Of a stretch of DNA of 64,000 nt, positions 46,327 through 56,478 are shown piece by piece. The stretch is from Promethearchaeota archaeon (lineage in GTDB: Archaea > Asgardarchaeota > Lokiarchaeia > Sigyniarchaeales > SOKP01), in the NCBI GenBank assembly GCA_019057865.1, contig JAHLWP010000004.1, positions 32,001 through 96,000 of the forward strand, written 5' to 3'. Position numbers and translations under genes: made by a program. Under the pieces are notes generated by a model. It made no database searches. It saw only the letters and a list, made by a program, of their open reading frames with translations, and was not told the origin of the DNA. The stretch's first letter is position 1. Every line of letters starts with the position of its first letter.

Positions 46327-49143
46327 TTATTTTTTCCTGACTGTCATGCCTCTTTTCTTTCTAATTCTCCATTTTCTTAGTTCATCCACTACAGATACAC
46401 TAAAAGCTGTAAGGAAAAGAGCAAGCCAATAATAAGGATGAAAGAGTGGAACAACATGAAATGCTAAACCTAAAGGTGTAAAAAGGATTAATAATTGTAG
46501 CCCAAGAGAAAGTCCTGTTGCCCAGAATAAATGCTTATTTGGAAATAGATAAAAAGGCTTTATATTGGAAGTACATGAATAAACAAGCAATAATTCACAA
46601 ATTACCAAACTCGTGAATAGAATGGTTTGCGCCAATTGTGCAGCGTATAGAGAATCTATTGATGTTAATCTTGGATCAATTCCAGTATCAATCCATGCTG
46701 GGATTAATACAGACCATAGAAGTAAATAGAGTATTATATCCGTTATCGCAGTATATATTCCAAGGAGTAGAACAGGCCCCTTTATCTCTGGAAGCAAAGT
46801 AAATCCTTTTCGCGGTTTATCTTTCATTACATCAGGATCCGTCGGAGTAAGTCCTAAAACCATAGCTGGGATTCCATCTGTGGCTATATTTAGCCAGAGA
46901 ATCTGAATTGGAGTAACAGGAAGTGCAAGAAACACAGTTGAGAAAAGTTTCATAAAGATATAAGCTGAAAGAATTAAAAATATTTCATCAAAGTTAGTGC
47001 TTAGCATATATCTGAAGAAACCTTTAGTAGTTTCGAAGATACCTCTGCCTTCCTCTATAGCATTAACGATCGTAGCATAATTATCATCAATTAATATCAC
47101 TTCAGAAGCTTCTTGAGTCACTTCAGTTCCTTTGAGCCCCATTGCTACGCCTACATGTGCTCCTTTTACAGCTGGTGCATCATTTACTCCATCTCCTGTC
47201 ATTGAGACTATTAAATCTAATTCTTTTAATCTCCTTAAAATTCTTAGCTTATGTTCTGATGTGACTCTCGCAAAAATATCCACTGTTTTAACTCTTTCCC
47301 TAAGCTCATCATCACTCATTTCTTCTAAATCTACTCCTGTAATTGCTTCATCGGATTCAGTTAAACCAATCTCATGAGCAATTGCGATAGCTGTAATTTT
47401 ATGATCTCCTGTAATCATCATTGTTCTTATTCCTGCCAATCTGGCTTCCTCTATAGCATCTTTCACTTCATCTCTCGCAGGATCAATGATACCTACCAAA
47501 CCAAGATATATATAGTCTTTTTCTATTTCATCCTCCTTATACCCCTCATTAAGAGGTTTATAAGCAACCCCTAAGACTCTTAAAGCATTTTTTGCAAATT
47601 CTTCATTTTTGTTGAGAATTATATCTTTTACTTCGTTGATTGGTTTTACTTGATTATCATAAACAGCATGACTAGCATTGATCAACAAAACATCTGGAGC
47701 TCCCTTAATTAATGAATATAATTTATTATCGATTCTTACTACTACTGACATCATTTTCCTGTCGGAACTAAAAGGTATCTCATCAATTTTCTCTGCTTTA
47801 GTATCCAACTCCATTTTCATAGCTAAGACTTTCATTGAAATTTCGGTTGGATCTCCAACTACATCAGTATCATGTGTCCCATCATTTCTAGGTGAAACAT
47901 TTGAATTGTTACAAAACATACATACTTCTAGGTATCTTCTTAAATTATCTGTAATTTGAACTTGCTTACCTTTATCATTAATAATTTTACCCTCAAGTGC
48001 ATAACCTACACCCTCTACAACATATTCCATACCACCTACAAACACTTTTACAACAGTCATTTCATTCTTTGTTAAAGTACCTGTTTTATCAGAACAAATA
48101 ACATTTACTCTTCCCAGTGTCTCTACAGCAGTTAGTTTCCTTACTAATGCGTTTCTATCTGCCATTTTTCTCATTCCAATACTCATTACTACTGTAATCA
48201 CAACTATAAGCCCTTCAGGAACTGCGGAGACTGCTAAACTTATTGATATTTCAAACGCTTCAATAAATTCTTCAACTTCGCCTTCTGTAAGTGCCAAAAT
48301 TATAAATTCAACAAAAAAGACAGCGGCACAGATTATCAATATGACTATTCCTAACAATTTTCCAAACCTATTTACCTCTTTCTGGAAAGGTGAAAGTTCT
48401 ATCTCTTCTTCTTGCAAACTTTCAGCAATTTTCCCTATCTCAGTTTTCATTCCTGTGCCAATTACAATTCCTTCTCCATTTCCTCTAGTAATTATTGTAT
48501 TCATGTATCCCAAATTTGTTCTATCTGCTAATATCATTTTTTCTTCCACCGGATTAAGTTGTTTTTTAACTGGCTTCGATTCTCCTGTTAAAATTGCTTC
48601 ATCAACATAAAGAGAAAATCCCCTGTAAAGCCTTATATCTGCTGGGAATTTATCTCCTTCTTCGAATAATACAATATCTCCAGGTACAACTTCTTCTACA
48701 GCAATTTCTAAAACTCTATTTCCTCTCCGTACTTTGGCAAAATGAGGTGCTAATTTCTTTAAACTCTCAAGAGATCTTTCTGCTTGATATTCCTGATAAA
48801 ACCCTAAAACTGCATTAACAATCAAAATTGCAGCAATTACTACCGCATCTGTATATTCTGTTGACCATGACTCTGCTCCAGGTCTACTTGCTTCCCAAGC
48901 CCCTATAATTACTGATATAATTATAGCAAAAATAAGTAGGTAAATAAGAAAGTCTTTAAATTGTCCTATAAATATTTGCAAAGCTGTCTTGCCTTTCTCT
49001 TTAATTAATTCATTTTTGCCATATAATTCAATTCTTTTTTGAGCATCAGATTCAGTTAAACCATTTTCCATCGACGTATTCATTAAATTTTCTACATTTT
49101 CAAATGTTGTTGAATGAGCATGAATATTTTTTATTTCAACCAT
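46327..49143 (-). CDS. P-type IIA (Ca2+-type) cation-transporting ATPase
   Basis: TGES, PEGL, DKTGTLT, KGAP, TGDGVND, QILWLNIATDG. Confidence 0.95.
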   Translation of the reverse strand: MVEIKNIHAHSTTFENVENLMNTSMENGLTESDAQKRIELYGKNELIKEKGKTALQIFIGQFKDFLIYLLIFAIIISVIIGAWEASRPGAESWSTEYTDAVVIAAILIVNAVLGFYQEYQAERSLESLKKLAPHFAKVRRGNRVLEIAVEEVVPGDIVLFEEGDKFPADIRLYRGFSLYVDEAILTGESKPVKKQLNPVEEKMILADRTNLGYMNTIITRGNGEGIVIGTGMKTEIGKIAESLQEEEIELSPFQKEVNRFGKLLGIVILIICAAVFFVEFIILALTEGEVEEFIEAFEISISLAVSAVPEGLIVVITVVMSIGMRKMADRNALVRKLTAVETLGRVNVICSDKTGTLTKNEMTVVKVFVGGMEYVVEGVGYALEGKIINDKGKQVQITDNLRRYLEVCMFCNNSNVSPRNDGTHDTDVVGDPTEISMKVLAMKMELDTKAEKIDEIPFSSDRKMMSVVVRIDNKLYSLIKGAPDVLLINASHAVYDNQVKPINEVKDIILNKNEEFAKNALRVLGVAYKPLNEGYKEDEIEKDYIYLGLVGIIDPARDEVKDAIEEARLAGIRTMMITGDHKITAIAIAHEIGLTESDEAITGVDLEEMSDDELRERVKTVDIFARVTSEHKLRILRRLKELDLIVSMTGDGVNDAPAVKGAHVGVAMGLKGTEVTQEASEVILIDDNYATIVNAIEEGRGIFETTKGFFRYMLSTNFDEIFLILSAYIFMKLFSTVFLALPVTPIQILWLNIATDGIPAMVLGLTPTDPDVMKDKPRKGFTLLPEIKGPVLLLGIYTAITDIILYLLLWSVLIPAWIDTGIDPRLTSIDSLYAAQLAQTILFTSLVICELLLVYSCTSNIKPFYLFPNKHLFWATGLSLGLQLLILFTPLGLAFHVVPLFHPYYWLALFLTAFSVSVVDELRKWRIRKKRGMTVRKK

Positions 49144-49437
49144 CTTAACTTCAATTCTTTTTTAGGTTTTTATAAAAAATTATATTAATAAGTTATAATC
49201 TTAATAACTGAATTATAAAATTTAAATTCATTTATAGTCATTTCTTCTAGTTAAAAAAATGAACTCATCTTAAAAATTATAGAAGATTCGTGATTAACGG
49301 TTGCGTCCGTTTATTTTCAAAATAATTCAAATTCTTAAAAAAATAAAATATAAATTTTATAAGCATGATTATTCTTATAAGATAAAACTTAATTTTATCA
49401 ATAAAATCTAGTTTTTTAAACATAACATACAACTTTA

Positions 49438-50028
49438 TTGATTATTATGAGACCATCACGAGTTTTTAGATGGATAATTAGAATATTAATACTAGTTTTA
49501 ACATTGTCAGTTACTGCTGTTTCCATACTAGGTGGAATGTCTGCTATTTTGATACTTTCTAATCAAGATAATATTGGAATTGATTATGATAATGCTGATT
49601 TTAATTTAGATTATAATGAGACAACTGGAGAGATAAATAATATCAATTTCACTTTGCCATTTAATATAACAAATGCAGGTTTTTTTGATTTAGAAGATCT
49701 TAAATTAGGACTTCAAATAGGTCTTCAATATTATCATGTTAATTTAACTGGAACAGGTGAAAATATCTCTCAAACAGTAAAAATTTTTGATAAAACAGAA
49801 TCTTATCCGACAATTAGAAAAGGTAAAACATTATATGGTAATTACACAGGAGTATACGATGATTTTCTCCCGTATTTAGGAAGCCTTCCAAATATTGTTG
49901 ATATAGATCTTACAAGAGTTCCCATATTTAATTTCTATGCTAATTTTACAATCAGTCTAACATATTCTTTAGGATTACATTCTATTACTCTTGGAATAAA
50001 TAACGTTACAGTAGGGGAATATCCTTAG
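49438..50028 (+). CDS. membrane-anchored beta-rich hypothetical protein
   Basis: N-terminal TM, then Asn/Thr-rich beta strands (FNITNAGFFDLEDL). Confidence 0.65.
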   Translation: MIIMRPSRVFRWIIRILILVLTLSVTAVSILGGMSAILILSNQDNIGIDYDNADFNLDYNETTGEINNINFTLPFNITNAGFFDLEDLKLGLQIGLQYYHVNLTGTGENISQTVKIFDKTESYPTIRKGKTLYGNYTGVYDDFLPYLGSLPNIVDIDLTRVPIFNFYANFTISLTYSLGLHSITLGINNVTVGEYP

Positions 50029-50040
50029 GAGGTTCAAGAA

Positions 50041-50529
50041 ATGGGTCCAACAATAAACATAGTAAAAGGTACTATTTATACTGTTATATATGTATGTTTT
50101 ACAATCATAATTCCAGTAGTAACATTTTCTTTACTAAGAGAATATGTTGTTGAGGGTTTACCATTAGATTTTACCCAGGAAGATTTAAACAATATTATAT
50201 TTTGGGTTACTGCATTGGGATTAGTTATAAGTGGATGTGCTTTCTTCACTCATTCTTCACCTAAGCAATCAATAAGAAGAGGTACTTTTGCTTTGATCCA
50301 AGTATTAGTTAATTGTCTATACTTATGGAGCTATAAATTCTCAGGAGCAACTGAAATAATATTTGATTTAGATATGGGTGATACTTCAGGATTTCTAAGC
50401 TTAAATTTACAACAGATGGTTTTAGTTTATTTGGGAATTTATTTTCTAACTATAATTCTAAAAGTATATGATGTTATTGATTTTACAATTAATAGAGAGA
50501 AAATCCGAAACGATAGAATGAAAGAATAA
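50041..50529 (+). CDS. four-TM hypothetical membrane protein
   Basis: Four hydrophobic segments; GGAGGT SD. Confidence 0.7.
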   Translation: MGPTINIVKGTIYTVIYVCFTIIIPVVTFSLLREYVVEGLPLDFTQEDLNNIIFWVTALGLVISGCAFFTHSSPKQSIRRGTFALIQVLVNCLYLWSYKFSGATEIIFDLDMGDTSGFLSLNLQQMVLVYLGIYFLTIILKVYDVIDFTINREKIRNDRMKE

Positions 50530-50544
50530 AGAGGTAGAGAAAAA

Positions 50545-50931
50545 ATGCTTTTCCAAACTATGGGATTTTTAGAAGTATTAGCTGATATTTTTGGAGCAAT
50601 TTTAATTTTCTTAAAACCAATAATAGTACCCACCGGCGAATGGATGGTTGACTGGATTACTGCATCAATGGAATTTTTGAAACAAAACTTTAGCAGTGAA
50701 CTAACTATTTATATTGTAATCTTTGTCATTCTGATTGTATCTGGTGTTATTATAAATATCATTTGGCCAGGTGATCGCCCAGGAACAATATTCTCCAAAG
50801 GTTTAGATAAAATAGACGAAAAGTTCGAAGAAAAATTGGCTATTCCAGATGAAATAAGGAGATGTAAGGACTGTGGTAATCCAATTGGGGATTCTAGAGT
50901 TTGTCCTTTATGTGGAGCTGAAAATGATTAA
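50545..50931 (+). CDS. membrane protein with C-terminal zinc ribbon
   Basis: TM segments, then CKDCG...CPLCG; GAGGT SD. Confidence 0.72.
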   Translation: MLFQTMGFLEVLADIFGAILIFLKPIIVPTGEWMVDWITASMEFLKQNFSSELTIYIVIFVILIVSGVIINIIWPGDRPGTIFSKGLDKIDEKFEEKLAIPDEIRRCKDCGNPIGDSRVCPLCGAEND

Positions 50932-50953
50932 AAACCTTTTTTTTATTTAATTT

Positions 50954-51578
50954 TTATTTATTCATTTTTAAGAGCAATTTTGCTACTCTTTTACCTAAAT
51001 CTTTAGCAATCAAACCACCAAGCTCATCAACTTCTTCTTTTCCTAAAAATTCTTTAAGGTTATATTTTTGTAAGCTGGTGATAGGGATATTTCCTTCAAG
51101 AATTGGGCTTCCTAATATATTTCCCACTATAATCATGCCTTGTATTAAAGCAAAATTTATTAAATCAGAGATAACCCCCTCTCCGCCATTCCTTAGGCCT
51201 GTTGAAGCCAGAGGTGCAAATATTACATCTTTCAATAGGTAATCTTTCATTTTCCATGGTCTTGATCGATCTATTAGCACTTTTATCTGTGAACTAACTG
51301 AACCAAAATAATTTGGAGCAGCTATTAAGATTGCAGATGACCCTAAGATTAATTCTTCTATTTTTTTAGTATCATCATTTTCTGCTAAAGGACAATCATT
51401 TGGAGGTTCTTAAACATTGATCACATCCATTGCAAGGAGTTATTTTATAATCAGAAATTTGAATTTTATTGATATCAAAATTATTATTAATAGATTTTAT
51501 GCCTTCAATAGCTTGATCGATTAAGTAATTGCAACTTTTATTCTTTCTCGGTGACCCAACTATTAGAGTTATTTTCAT
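50954..51578 (-). pseudogene. iron-sulfur flavoprotein / flavodoxin-family gene split by a +1 frameshift
   Basis: GSPR...CNGCDQCLR | PPNDCP...AAPNYFGSVSSQIKVLIDR...RNGG; span 625 nt = 624+1, extra base near 51407. Confidence 0.85.
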
Positions 51579-51657
51579 ATTAATATTAACTTTTAATATT
51601 TAATTAAGTTAATTTTATACCAATAAGAATATAATCATCGTTCCAGAAAAAAATAAC

Positions 51658-52410
51658 ATGAAGCTAATTAAAGATAAAGTAGAATTTCAAAAAGTTAAGA
51701 AGGGTCTATTAGACGATTTAAAGTACTATAATCAGTTTATTATAAAAAAAATTGAGGTTGATAATTTAATCTCAGCAATAAATAAAGTCAAATCAGCTAT
51801 TACATTAATAGAAGAATACCAGAATGATTTTAATTTAATTAATGAATTATCGGAATTTAAAAAATTAAGTCAAAAAATAGATTTAGAATTAAGAGAACGA
51901 AGGAGGTTTTATTTAAGGAGATATAATAATCTTTTAAAAGAGAAGATAAATGAATCTAATTTAGAAAATTTTATGAAATTATTAGCTATGTTAAAGAATG
52001 AAGTAGATAATAACTTGAGTAAATTTAATCTTGAAGATATTCATAATAATATTAATAAATATTTTGTTTATATCAAACGGATATACGAGATCCTAAGTTG
52101 TTGTGAGATTTTAAATTATTATGATGTTTCTGAAAAAATATTCAACTTTGTTAATGATTTAAAGTCTGAAAACTTTCCAAATTTAAAATTTTTTGTTTCC
52201 TCGATATATAAGAATTTGATTACTAAGAGATTATTTGAATTTTCTAAAGAATATAATATTATTTCAATATCTACTCTTTCTAAGAGAATGGCAATTAAAC
52301 AAGAATATTTAATAAAATTTATTAATTCACTAGAAAAACAACCTAAAGCACCAATTATAGATTATAATCCTTCTGCTCAAGTCGTGACTTTTAAAAAGTC
52401 AAGGATATAA
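51658..52410 (+). CDS. helical protein with C-terminal PCI-like winged helix
   Basis: All-helical N-terminus; ends FSKEYNIISISTLSKRMAI...IDYNPSAQVVTF. Confidence 0.55.
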   Translation: MKLIKDKVEFQKVKKGLLDDLKYYNQFIIKKIEVDNLISAINKVKSAITLIEEYQNDFNLINELSEFKKLSQKIDLELRERRRFYLRRYNNLLKEKINESNLENFMKLLAMLKNEVDNNLSKFNLEDIHNNINKYFVYIKRIYEILSCCEILNYYDVSEKIFNFVNDLKSENFPNLKFFVSSIYKNLITKRLFEFSKEYNIISISTLSKRMAIKQEYLIKFINSLEKQPKAPIIDYNPSAQVVTFKKSRI

Positions 52411-52452
52411 AATTAATTAATAATCGAACTTTAGCAATTAATAAAAGATTTT

Positions 52453-53382
52453 TTATAATGCGCGAAAAAAATCGGGTCTTAATACTTCAGTATGAGTCAA
52501 TCCATAATTAATAACTTCTAAAATCTTTGGTTTCTCTCGATCTAAAATGCCTCGTAAAGGAAGATAATTACTTGCATGATTTGAGCGAAATATACAATTT
52601 GCATTTTTATTTTCGAATTTAATATGTTTAATAAAAGTTTTTAGTTCATGTAATATTTCGATTTGATTCATTTCCAAAAATTCTCCATTGATCTTTCTTT
52701 TGAATATTTCTGTTCCTGGTGGGACAATAAGAGTTAAAAAAGCAATATACCAAATTCTATCATCTTCAGGGCAAATTTTATTAACTAAATCAGCTGATTC
52801 TTTTGCATGTTTTTCGGAAATTTCTGGATTATTTCCACCTCCAAGACCATTTATAAAGGTTGCTGAAAGTGTAATGTTTGCTTTCATTAATTTTTTTGAT
52901 GCTTCAATATAATCCTGTTTTGTAGCATGTTTATTTACATTTTTAAGTAAATTATCATAACCAGATTCAAAACCTACATAAGCAATTTTTAATCCTGCTC
53001 CTGATAATGCCTTCAATTGTTCATCCGACTTCTTTAGAATATCTTTAGCGTGAGCATAAACCCCAATCCTTTCTAATTTCGGAAATATATTCATAGCATA
53101 ATTAGTGAGTTTTAAAAGTTTTTCTGTAGGTGTAACCATTGCATTTCCGTCTAAAAAGAAAATTTTGCGGACATGAGAACTATATTGTTTCTTAGCTACG
53201 TTTAAATCCCTTTTAACATCATCTAATTCTCTAATTTTAAATTGTTTTTGAAGATTTGACATACAAAAATCGCATTTAAAAGAACAACCTTCAGTCAATT
53301 GGATCAATAAAGAAGCATGCTCTGATGGGGGACGAAACACTGGTTGACAGTAGTATATCTTATCTCTATTCGGCATATACAA
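52453..53382 (-). CDS. radical SAM protein (RPPSE family)
   Basis: RPPSE, CSFKCDFC, FLDGNA, GFESG, SNHASNY. Confidence 0.9.
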   Translation of the reverse strand: MYMPNRDKIYYCQPVFRPPSEHASLLIQLTEGCSFKCDFCMSNLQKQFKIRELDDVKRDLNVAKKQYSSHVRKIFFLDGNAMVTPTEKLLKLTNYAMNIFPKLERIGVYAHAKDILKKSDEQLKALSGAGLKIAYVGFESGYDNLLKNVNKHATKQDYIEASKKLMKANITLSATFINGLGGGNNPEISEKHAKESADLVNKICPEDDRIWYIAFLTLIVPPGTEIFKRKINGEFLEMNQIEILHELKTFIKHIKFENKNANCIFRSNHASNYLPLRGILDREKPKILEVINYGLTHTEVLRPDFFRAL

Positions 53383-53452
53383 TTTAGAAAAGGATATTGT
53401 AATTTAATTAGTCTTTAAATGAAAAAATATAATTTATTTTAAGCTTCTTTTC

Positions 53453-54142
53453 TCATTCTTCTTCTTTATCAGCATCTTCAGGTCTATTAGGACAAGATGT
53501 TAAATGCCGTCCAAGTCTAATAAATTCTTTCCCACAATAAGGACATTTCTGTTTTTCTTTGGGAGCAGTTTCACCTGACCCTGCTTTTGTTGTAGGTTTT
53601 TTCTTTTTTTTCTTTTTTGCCCTTGCTGGTAAAATATCTTCAATACTAGCATCATCAGGAGCTAATTCGCAAGATTGAATGTGCGAAGCTAAATCTTCGA
53701 ATACTTCACCGCAAAAAGGGCATTCAATCTCCCCAAATTCTTCAGAGTCTTTTATATCTTCTTTCCCAGCTTTTCTTTTCTCGAATTTTAGAGGAATTTC
53801 TTCATCTTCTTCCTCGAATTCATCAATAGTTAAATCGATATCCTCATCTGTTTTTATTTTAGCTATTTCAAATTCTTCTAATTCAATTTTTTTATCTTTG
53901 ATTTTCTTTTCTGCCACTTTTCTGCTTTCGTCATATATCTCGGATATCTTTTTATTTGTTTGAGAATATAAATTGCAAACTTGACAAACATATGCTCTTG
54001 TTCCGAGCATTAGATCCCTTTCTGGACAATAACATAAAGTTTGTAAGCTATTGGAAATATCACCTTTAGGAGTGAGGTACTTACAAGCTAATTTCCTTGA
54101 ATATTTAACTTTTTGTTTTCTACGAGGTATTTTCATCACCAA
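53453..54142 (-). CDS. zinc-finger protein with two C2HC fingers
   Basis: CPFCGEVFEDLASHIQSC and CPYCGKEFIRLGRHLTSC, N-terminal Cys cluster, acidic and poly-Lys linkers. Confidence 0.75.
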   Translation of the reverse strand: MVMKIPRRKQKVKYSRKLACKYLTPKGDISNSLQTLCYCPERDLMLGTRAYVCQVCNLYSQTNKKISEIYDESRKVAEKKIKDKKIELEEFEIAKIKTDEDIDLTIDEFEEEDEEIPLKFEKRKAGKEDIKDSEEFGEIECPFCGEVFEDLASHIQSCELAPDDASIEDILPARAKKKKKKKPTTKAGSGETAPKEKQKCPYCGKEFIRLGRHLTSCPNRPEDADKEEE

Positions 54143-54270
54143 AAGAAGTATATAAAATAATTAATCTTAAAATTTAATTTTTTTGTTTAGAGAATCTCTA
54201 TTAAGAGAAAAATTGCATGAACTTTTTTGAAAATAATTAATATTTAGAAGATAATTATATTGAGATAAGG

Positions 54271-55791
54271 TTAAAAATTGAATTTTATTGAATTTAGATC
54301 ATGTTTAATTTTTTTCTGGATATCTTTATTTTCCAGTTTTGGTAATAATTCCTCGATTAAATCTTTAAAATCCAGAATTTTTTGGGAGAGTATTTCTGGT
54401 TTGCTCCATATGGATTTTCTTAATGGGTGATTTCTTATTATTGCTTTATTATAATTTTCAATAGCCTCTCTATAAAATAAGCAAGCACTTTCTAAATTAT
54501 TTAATCTAGAATGATAAATCGTTCCTATTTTATTGAAACATATACCTGCTCCCGCAAAATCATTTACTTTTTCAAATTCTATAGCAGCATCTCTTATCGT
54601 ATTTAAAGCTTCCTTTAAAACATTGTCTTCTCCTTTTTTAAGAAGTAAATATCCAATAATATACTGAGATTCTCCTAAGAAAAAGGAATTTTTTTCCTTT
54701 TTAGCTGTTTTATTTAATTCATTAGCAAATTCTTCAGCAAAAACCAAATGATTATTGGATATACATTTTTCTGATAAATCTCTTAATAATTCTAAAATTC
54801 TTTCAATATCATGAAGCTCCTTATACTTTTCTATTCCTTGTCTGTATCTCTCAATGCCTGTAAAAGCATCTTTACTTTTAAAAGCTTGATTTCCTTCAAA
54901 AATTAATTGCTCCGCATTTTCTTTTAATTGTAATTCTTTTTGTTTTTTATCGAAATCACCATAAAAAAAAGTATCAACATTAAAAATTACATCCTCAGAC
55001 ATAGGGATTTCTGTCAATAAATCACTATTTGGGGGAATTTTTTTATTCTCATTATGCCTGTCATTATCTTGAAATTTAGAACTAAAGTCTTCTCCATAGG
55101 CTGATTGCAAAGGTTTCCCTGCTGTAGCTAATGCTGACAATTCCGATAAAACATTAGCAAAAAAATATTTGCTTAAACCATCAACAACATAATCCACTTT
55201 ATGGTAATTATTATCATACTCAGGATCGTTTACATCCATATTTACATCGTTAAGCCGATAAATTTCAAATCCTGTATCATACTTAGTTATTGTATGTTCT
55301 GAACCTTCAACCTTTTCCTGCTTTTTCTTCCCTAATAGCGTATGATCAAAAACCAAACCACAAAAATCATCATTTTTTGCTTGAAATCCTAATTGATTTA
55401 AAAGATCTATATATGAAAAAAAGAGTCCTAATCCTGGATGAGAGTGAAACCATCCAATCATGTAAAATCCTTTACTACTCTTATCTAATTTTTCTTGTAT
55501 TTCTTCTATAAAGCCATAATGTCTTTCATCTAATTGAACATCAGTTGCATGCCCAAATGTAAGTGCTTCAGCACCTTCTATATATACAAAATCGTCATCA
55601 GAATAGCCAATTAAAATGCCATATATTTCTTTCCATTCCTCAGCGGGAATGGATTTATTAGCATATCTACTTACATATAAGATAATTGTTTTATAAGCTT
55701 CTGCTCTTACAACAACAGGTTTATTAATTTTCTCTTTTGATTCTTCATTTGAGTTCTGGTCTTTATTTGTCTTTTTAATCTCTCTTGACAT
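54271..55791 (-). CDS. JAMM/MPN+ metalloisopeptidase with C-terminal TPR-like repeats
   Basis: EIYGILIG...GWFHSHPGLGLFFSYID (E, HxH-x7-S-x2-D); helical TPR/SNAP-like C-terminal half. Confidence 0.88.
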   Translation of the reverse strand: MSREIKKTNKDQNSNEESKEKINKPVVVRAEAYKTIILYVSRYANKSIPAEEWKEIYGILIGYSDDDFVYIEGAEALTFGHATDVQLDERHYGFIEEIQEKLDKSSKGFYMIGWFHSHPGLGLFFSYIDLLNQLGFQAKNDDFCGLVFDHTLLGKKKQEKVEGSEHTITKYDTGFEIYRLNDVNMDVNDPEYDNNYHKVDYVVDGLSKYFFANVLSELSALATAGKPLQSAYGEDFSSKFQDNDRHNENKKIPPNSDLLTEIPMSEDVIFNVDTFFYGDFDKKQKELQLKENAEQLIFEGNQAFKSKDAFTGIERYRQGIEKYKELHDIERILELLRDLSEKCISNNHLVFAEEFANELNKTAKKEKNSFFLGESQYIIGYLLLKKGEDNVLKEALNTIRDAAIEFEKVNDFAGAGICFNKIGTIYHSRLNNLESACLFYREAIENYNKAIIRNHPLRKSIWSKPEILSQKILDFKDLIEELLPKLENKDIQKKIKHDLNSIKFNF

Positions 55792-55922
55792 CCTTATTTC
55801 TTTCTGACTTTAATTTTATATTAAATTCTTAATCTAGAATTATAATAAGGCTAATCCTAATTAAAATTATTTATATATTAGATGTATTAAAATAATTTGA
55901 AAAATTAAGTTTTCTTTTAAGA

Positions 55923-56477
55923 TTATTTTAAAATTAAATCCATAAATCTTTCTTTTATATCTTCTGGGAGGAGTGGAATGTTTTCCACTTTTTCACTTCC
56001 TGGCATAGTTTTTATTAAAACTAGATGACACCCCCATCCTAAGTTTTTTAATATGGGAGAAATTTCACTTTTATTTTTAATAACAGATATAGATTCAAAT
56101 CCCGCTCCTTGAGCTATTATTTCTAGTTTTGTTTTTCCATGTGTATAAGTCAATTGGTCCCCTGTAGAACCATAAGAACCATTATCTACAATTATTAAGG
56201 TTAAATTACTTGGAATATTATTAGCGATCGTGCTTAAACTACCTAGATTCATAAGTATTGAACCATCGCCATCAATACACCAAACTTTTCTTTTAGGTTG
56301 GGATATAGCTAACCCAAACGCAATTGAAGAAGATAATCCCATTGAACCCATCATATAGAAGTTTTCCAATCTATCTTTGATATTATAGAGTTCCCTTGAC
56401 GGATCTCCAAGATTACATACTACTAATTCATCTGTTAATATTTCAGTAATTTCTTCTAATGCTTCATATCTTCTCAT
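55923..56477 (-). CDS. comE: sulfopyruvate decarboxylase beta subunit (or phosphonopyruvate decarboxylase-like)
   Basis: NFYMMGSMG, TPP motif DGDGS...DNGSYGSTGDQ. Confidence 0.82.
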   Translation of the reverse strand: MRRYEALEEITEILTDELVVCNLGDPSRELYNIKDRLENFYMMGSMGLSSSIAFGLAISQPKRKVWCIDGDGSILMNLGSLSTIANNIPSNLTLIIVDNGSYGSTGDQLTYTHGKTKLEIIAQGAGFESISVIKNKSEISPILKNLGWGCHLVLIKTMPGSEKVENIPLLPEDIKERFMDLILK

Positions 56478-56478
56478 T

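Noticed and set aside
51396-51398. TGA after the Cys cluster as a selenocysteine codon
   Set aside because: Homology continues in a different frame, so this is a frameshift rather than read-through.
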